A stretch of DNA of 64,000 nucleotides from NCBI RefSeq assembly GCF_009914755.1, contig NC_060931.1; one strand, given 5' to 3'. Both the position numbers and the translations under genes were made by a program. Below are positions 61,850 to 64,000 of the stretch, piece after piece; the stretch's first letter is position 1; each line of letters starts with the position of its first letter. The notes beneath the pieces are model-generated. The model was given only the letters and a program-made list of their open reading frames with translations, had not been told where the DNA came from and made no database searches. This DNA is from the human T2T-CHM13v2.0 reference genome, Homo sapiens.

Positions 61850-61998
61850 TTTGCCTCTGTCAAAGTTCTGGATGATGGTGAGGTGCAGGTGCTCTTTGCG
61901 CTGCCATTCTGTTTGCATGGGGTAGGTCAGGAACTCCCTGAGGGGCCGATCAGACCATTCCAGTAGCTCGTCATATAAGAGGAGGGTATATGCAGCTT
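61850..61998 (-). CDS. DOCK4: DOCK4 coding exon, 149 nt: (E)AAYTLLLYDELLEWSDRPLREFLTYPMQTEWQRKEHLHLTIIQNFDRGK (DHR2)
   Basis: ttgcag| acceptor, AAA|GTAAGT donor, open frame; enters in phase 1, exits in phase 0. Confidence 0.96.
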
Positions 61999-64000
61999 CT
62001 GCAAGTCACGTGAGAAGACAATGATTGAGACAGGACCCCAAGCCACATTCCCTCAAATGTGGCCAGTTTCCGACAAACTGGGGAAAAAAAATACTATTTT
62101 CTAAATTTCGTGATATAGCAGAAAAATATCCAGAATATATGCAGCAGTAGGGTAATGAACGAGGACTTCCCCTGGATGATGGACTTGGACTAATCAGATC
62201 TGTATTTCATCTTTTGTTTCCTGTATTTTCGTTTCTGTTTTTGTCTTTTGTTTTTGTCTTCCCTAAAATGTCTGTATGCTACAGTATAATCAAAATGTGT
62301 AAGGATATCATGCTGTTGCTGGTTCAAAGATGTGGGGAGACAGGCCTTTGTTTGCTGAGAGAGTTCACTAGTAAGTTCCTTGGGGACTATGAGCATCCCC
62401 CAAAGGGCAGGCTTAGGAAATAAAAAATGGCAAATTCTTTGGGATAATAAAGGGCTGAAAAATCGAAACTGGTGAGGAGGGGGTTCAGAGTGGAGGCAGA
62501 ATTTACAAGGGGCAAAGAAGCCAGAGAGGAGCTGAGTGAAGACCAAAAAAAAAAAAAAAAAGAAAAAGAAAAAATCTAATAACAGGGTAGGGATTGGAGA
62601 GGGTGGAAGTGCTGCATGAGGAGTGGGGGGAGTGTGTGGGTGTGTGGGTGTATTTGTGTGTGTGAGAGAGAAAGAACCGTTGCAGGCTGTGTGATATGAC
62701 TGCCTTGCCCCAGATGGCCCCACAAATCTTCTGTAAAGAATACTGATATCATTACATGCTTGGCATGGTTGGATTTCCTGCAGAAACAAGGGGTGATTTT
62801 CCATATACACATAAGTGGAAAAGGTGACCTATGGATTTAAGTATGGTTGGCAGATAGTGTATTTGACAGGATACTTGCCATTCTGCAGGTCTCTCCTTTT
62901 CCTGAATTGTAAATATAGCCCAATAGATCAAGAATAGGAACCAGAATTGTCACTGATAAAGGACTATAATAATTTTTCCTATAATGTCATAATAGCCTAC
63001 TCAATTACTCAATTGAATAAAATGGACAAATACTTATGTTATTAATCCATTTAACTCCACCTCAGGTTTCTCAAAAGACATAATGATAGCTTTTAAGATG
63101 GTATCAATAATGGTAATTCCTTTTCTTCATTTATTTGCCTTTAGGGTAACTACACATAAAGCCCTAAAGTAATATGCTGAGTTATAATGCTATGATGTGG
63201 CCATCTCCATGTAAAAAAGATAGTTGCAATAAGAAGGGCCAGGGCCCCTATCACAGGCACTGGTCTTTTTTCTCTTCAATTACCTTTGGTGAGCTTATAC
63301 AATCTCCTGGTTCAATTATTATTGTGAAAGCTTTCCTAATCCACCAGCAGTCTCTTATCCCCCTCCATTCAGTTTGCACAGTTAGCAATATGAACTTCTT
63401 TCAATGCAAATAAATGATCATGGTTAAAACCAGTCCATGACTCTCAGTAGCTCAAACAATAAATTTAGGCCTCCTACAGTGACAGAGAAGGTTGCTCATG
63501 ATCTGGTTCTTACCAAGCTCTCTATCCACATTTTCTCACTGGGTCTCCATGTAGTACAGGTATGAAAGAGCCCACCTCCATCTCTTTTAAGAAGCTTCAG
63601 TAGCTGCTGAGGCTCCAGTCCTCATAGTTGGAGCCCCCGGACCCCATTATCCACTTTCCAGGAATGAGCAAGATGCATTGTGGTCCAGAGGCAGCTGGGC
63701 ACAAGAAAGCTGCCCGACGGGGACAGTGATGCCTTCTGTTGCATGCACTCTTGCTGGTCTCTTTCTTAATGGGATTGAACGTGAGATGGACAGAGAAAGC
63801 AGCCACTAAAGGGTGTCAGTTAACTGGCGGACACAGACACAGAGCTGAATCACCATAACATAGGTAGCCATGGAAGACTACTCTGATTGCACAAGAATTA
63901 TAATAACCAGATCCTCAGAAGGGTGCTGTTATTTTAACAGGCATCTAGTTTTCTCTGACATCCCTGAGATGATTTCCTGATGTTTAATTCCCCATGTATC

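Noticed and set aside
62190-62810. 206-aa ORF, the longest in the track
   Set aside because: Low-complexity translation of (CA)n, poly(T) and T-rich tracts; no domain similarity, and no splice sites fitting the DOCK4 frame

Overview
Primate (very probably human, chr7q31) genomic DNA, rich in Alu and L1. The minus strand carries the last 17 coding exons of DOCK4, a Rac GEF. I reconstructed them by hand from GT/AG boundaries: 2,249 coding nt, ~749 aa. They join in one continuous frame from the DHR2 GEF domain (EAAYTLLLY...AVNGG...) to the Ser/Pro-rich tail ending ...RKVSQL*. A ~2.2 kb 3' UTR follows, with AATAAA at 18434-18439. Positions 1-18.4 kb are repeat-dominated sequence downstream of the gene. 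There is no CRISPR array, RNA gene or prokaryotic system, and nearly all ORFs in the supplied track are Alu/L1 or random frames. The most notable unexplained signals are: (i) two adjacent near-perfect palindromes at 15239-15352; (ii) a candidate 24-nt stop-containing microexon in the last intron that would delete the SH3/PDZ-binding tail and escape NMD; (iii) a U12-type (minor spliceosome) intron inside the GEF domain with a non-consensus donor; (iv) a two-state hairpin in the 3' UTR; (v) a terminal-exon CpG island that appears to extend into an old MLT1 LTR; (vi) two divergent CTCF-like sites. Repeat family names come from remembered consensus sequences, and repeat boundaries are approximate.
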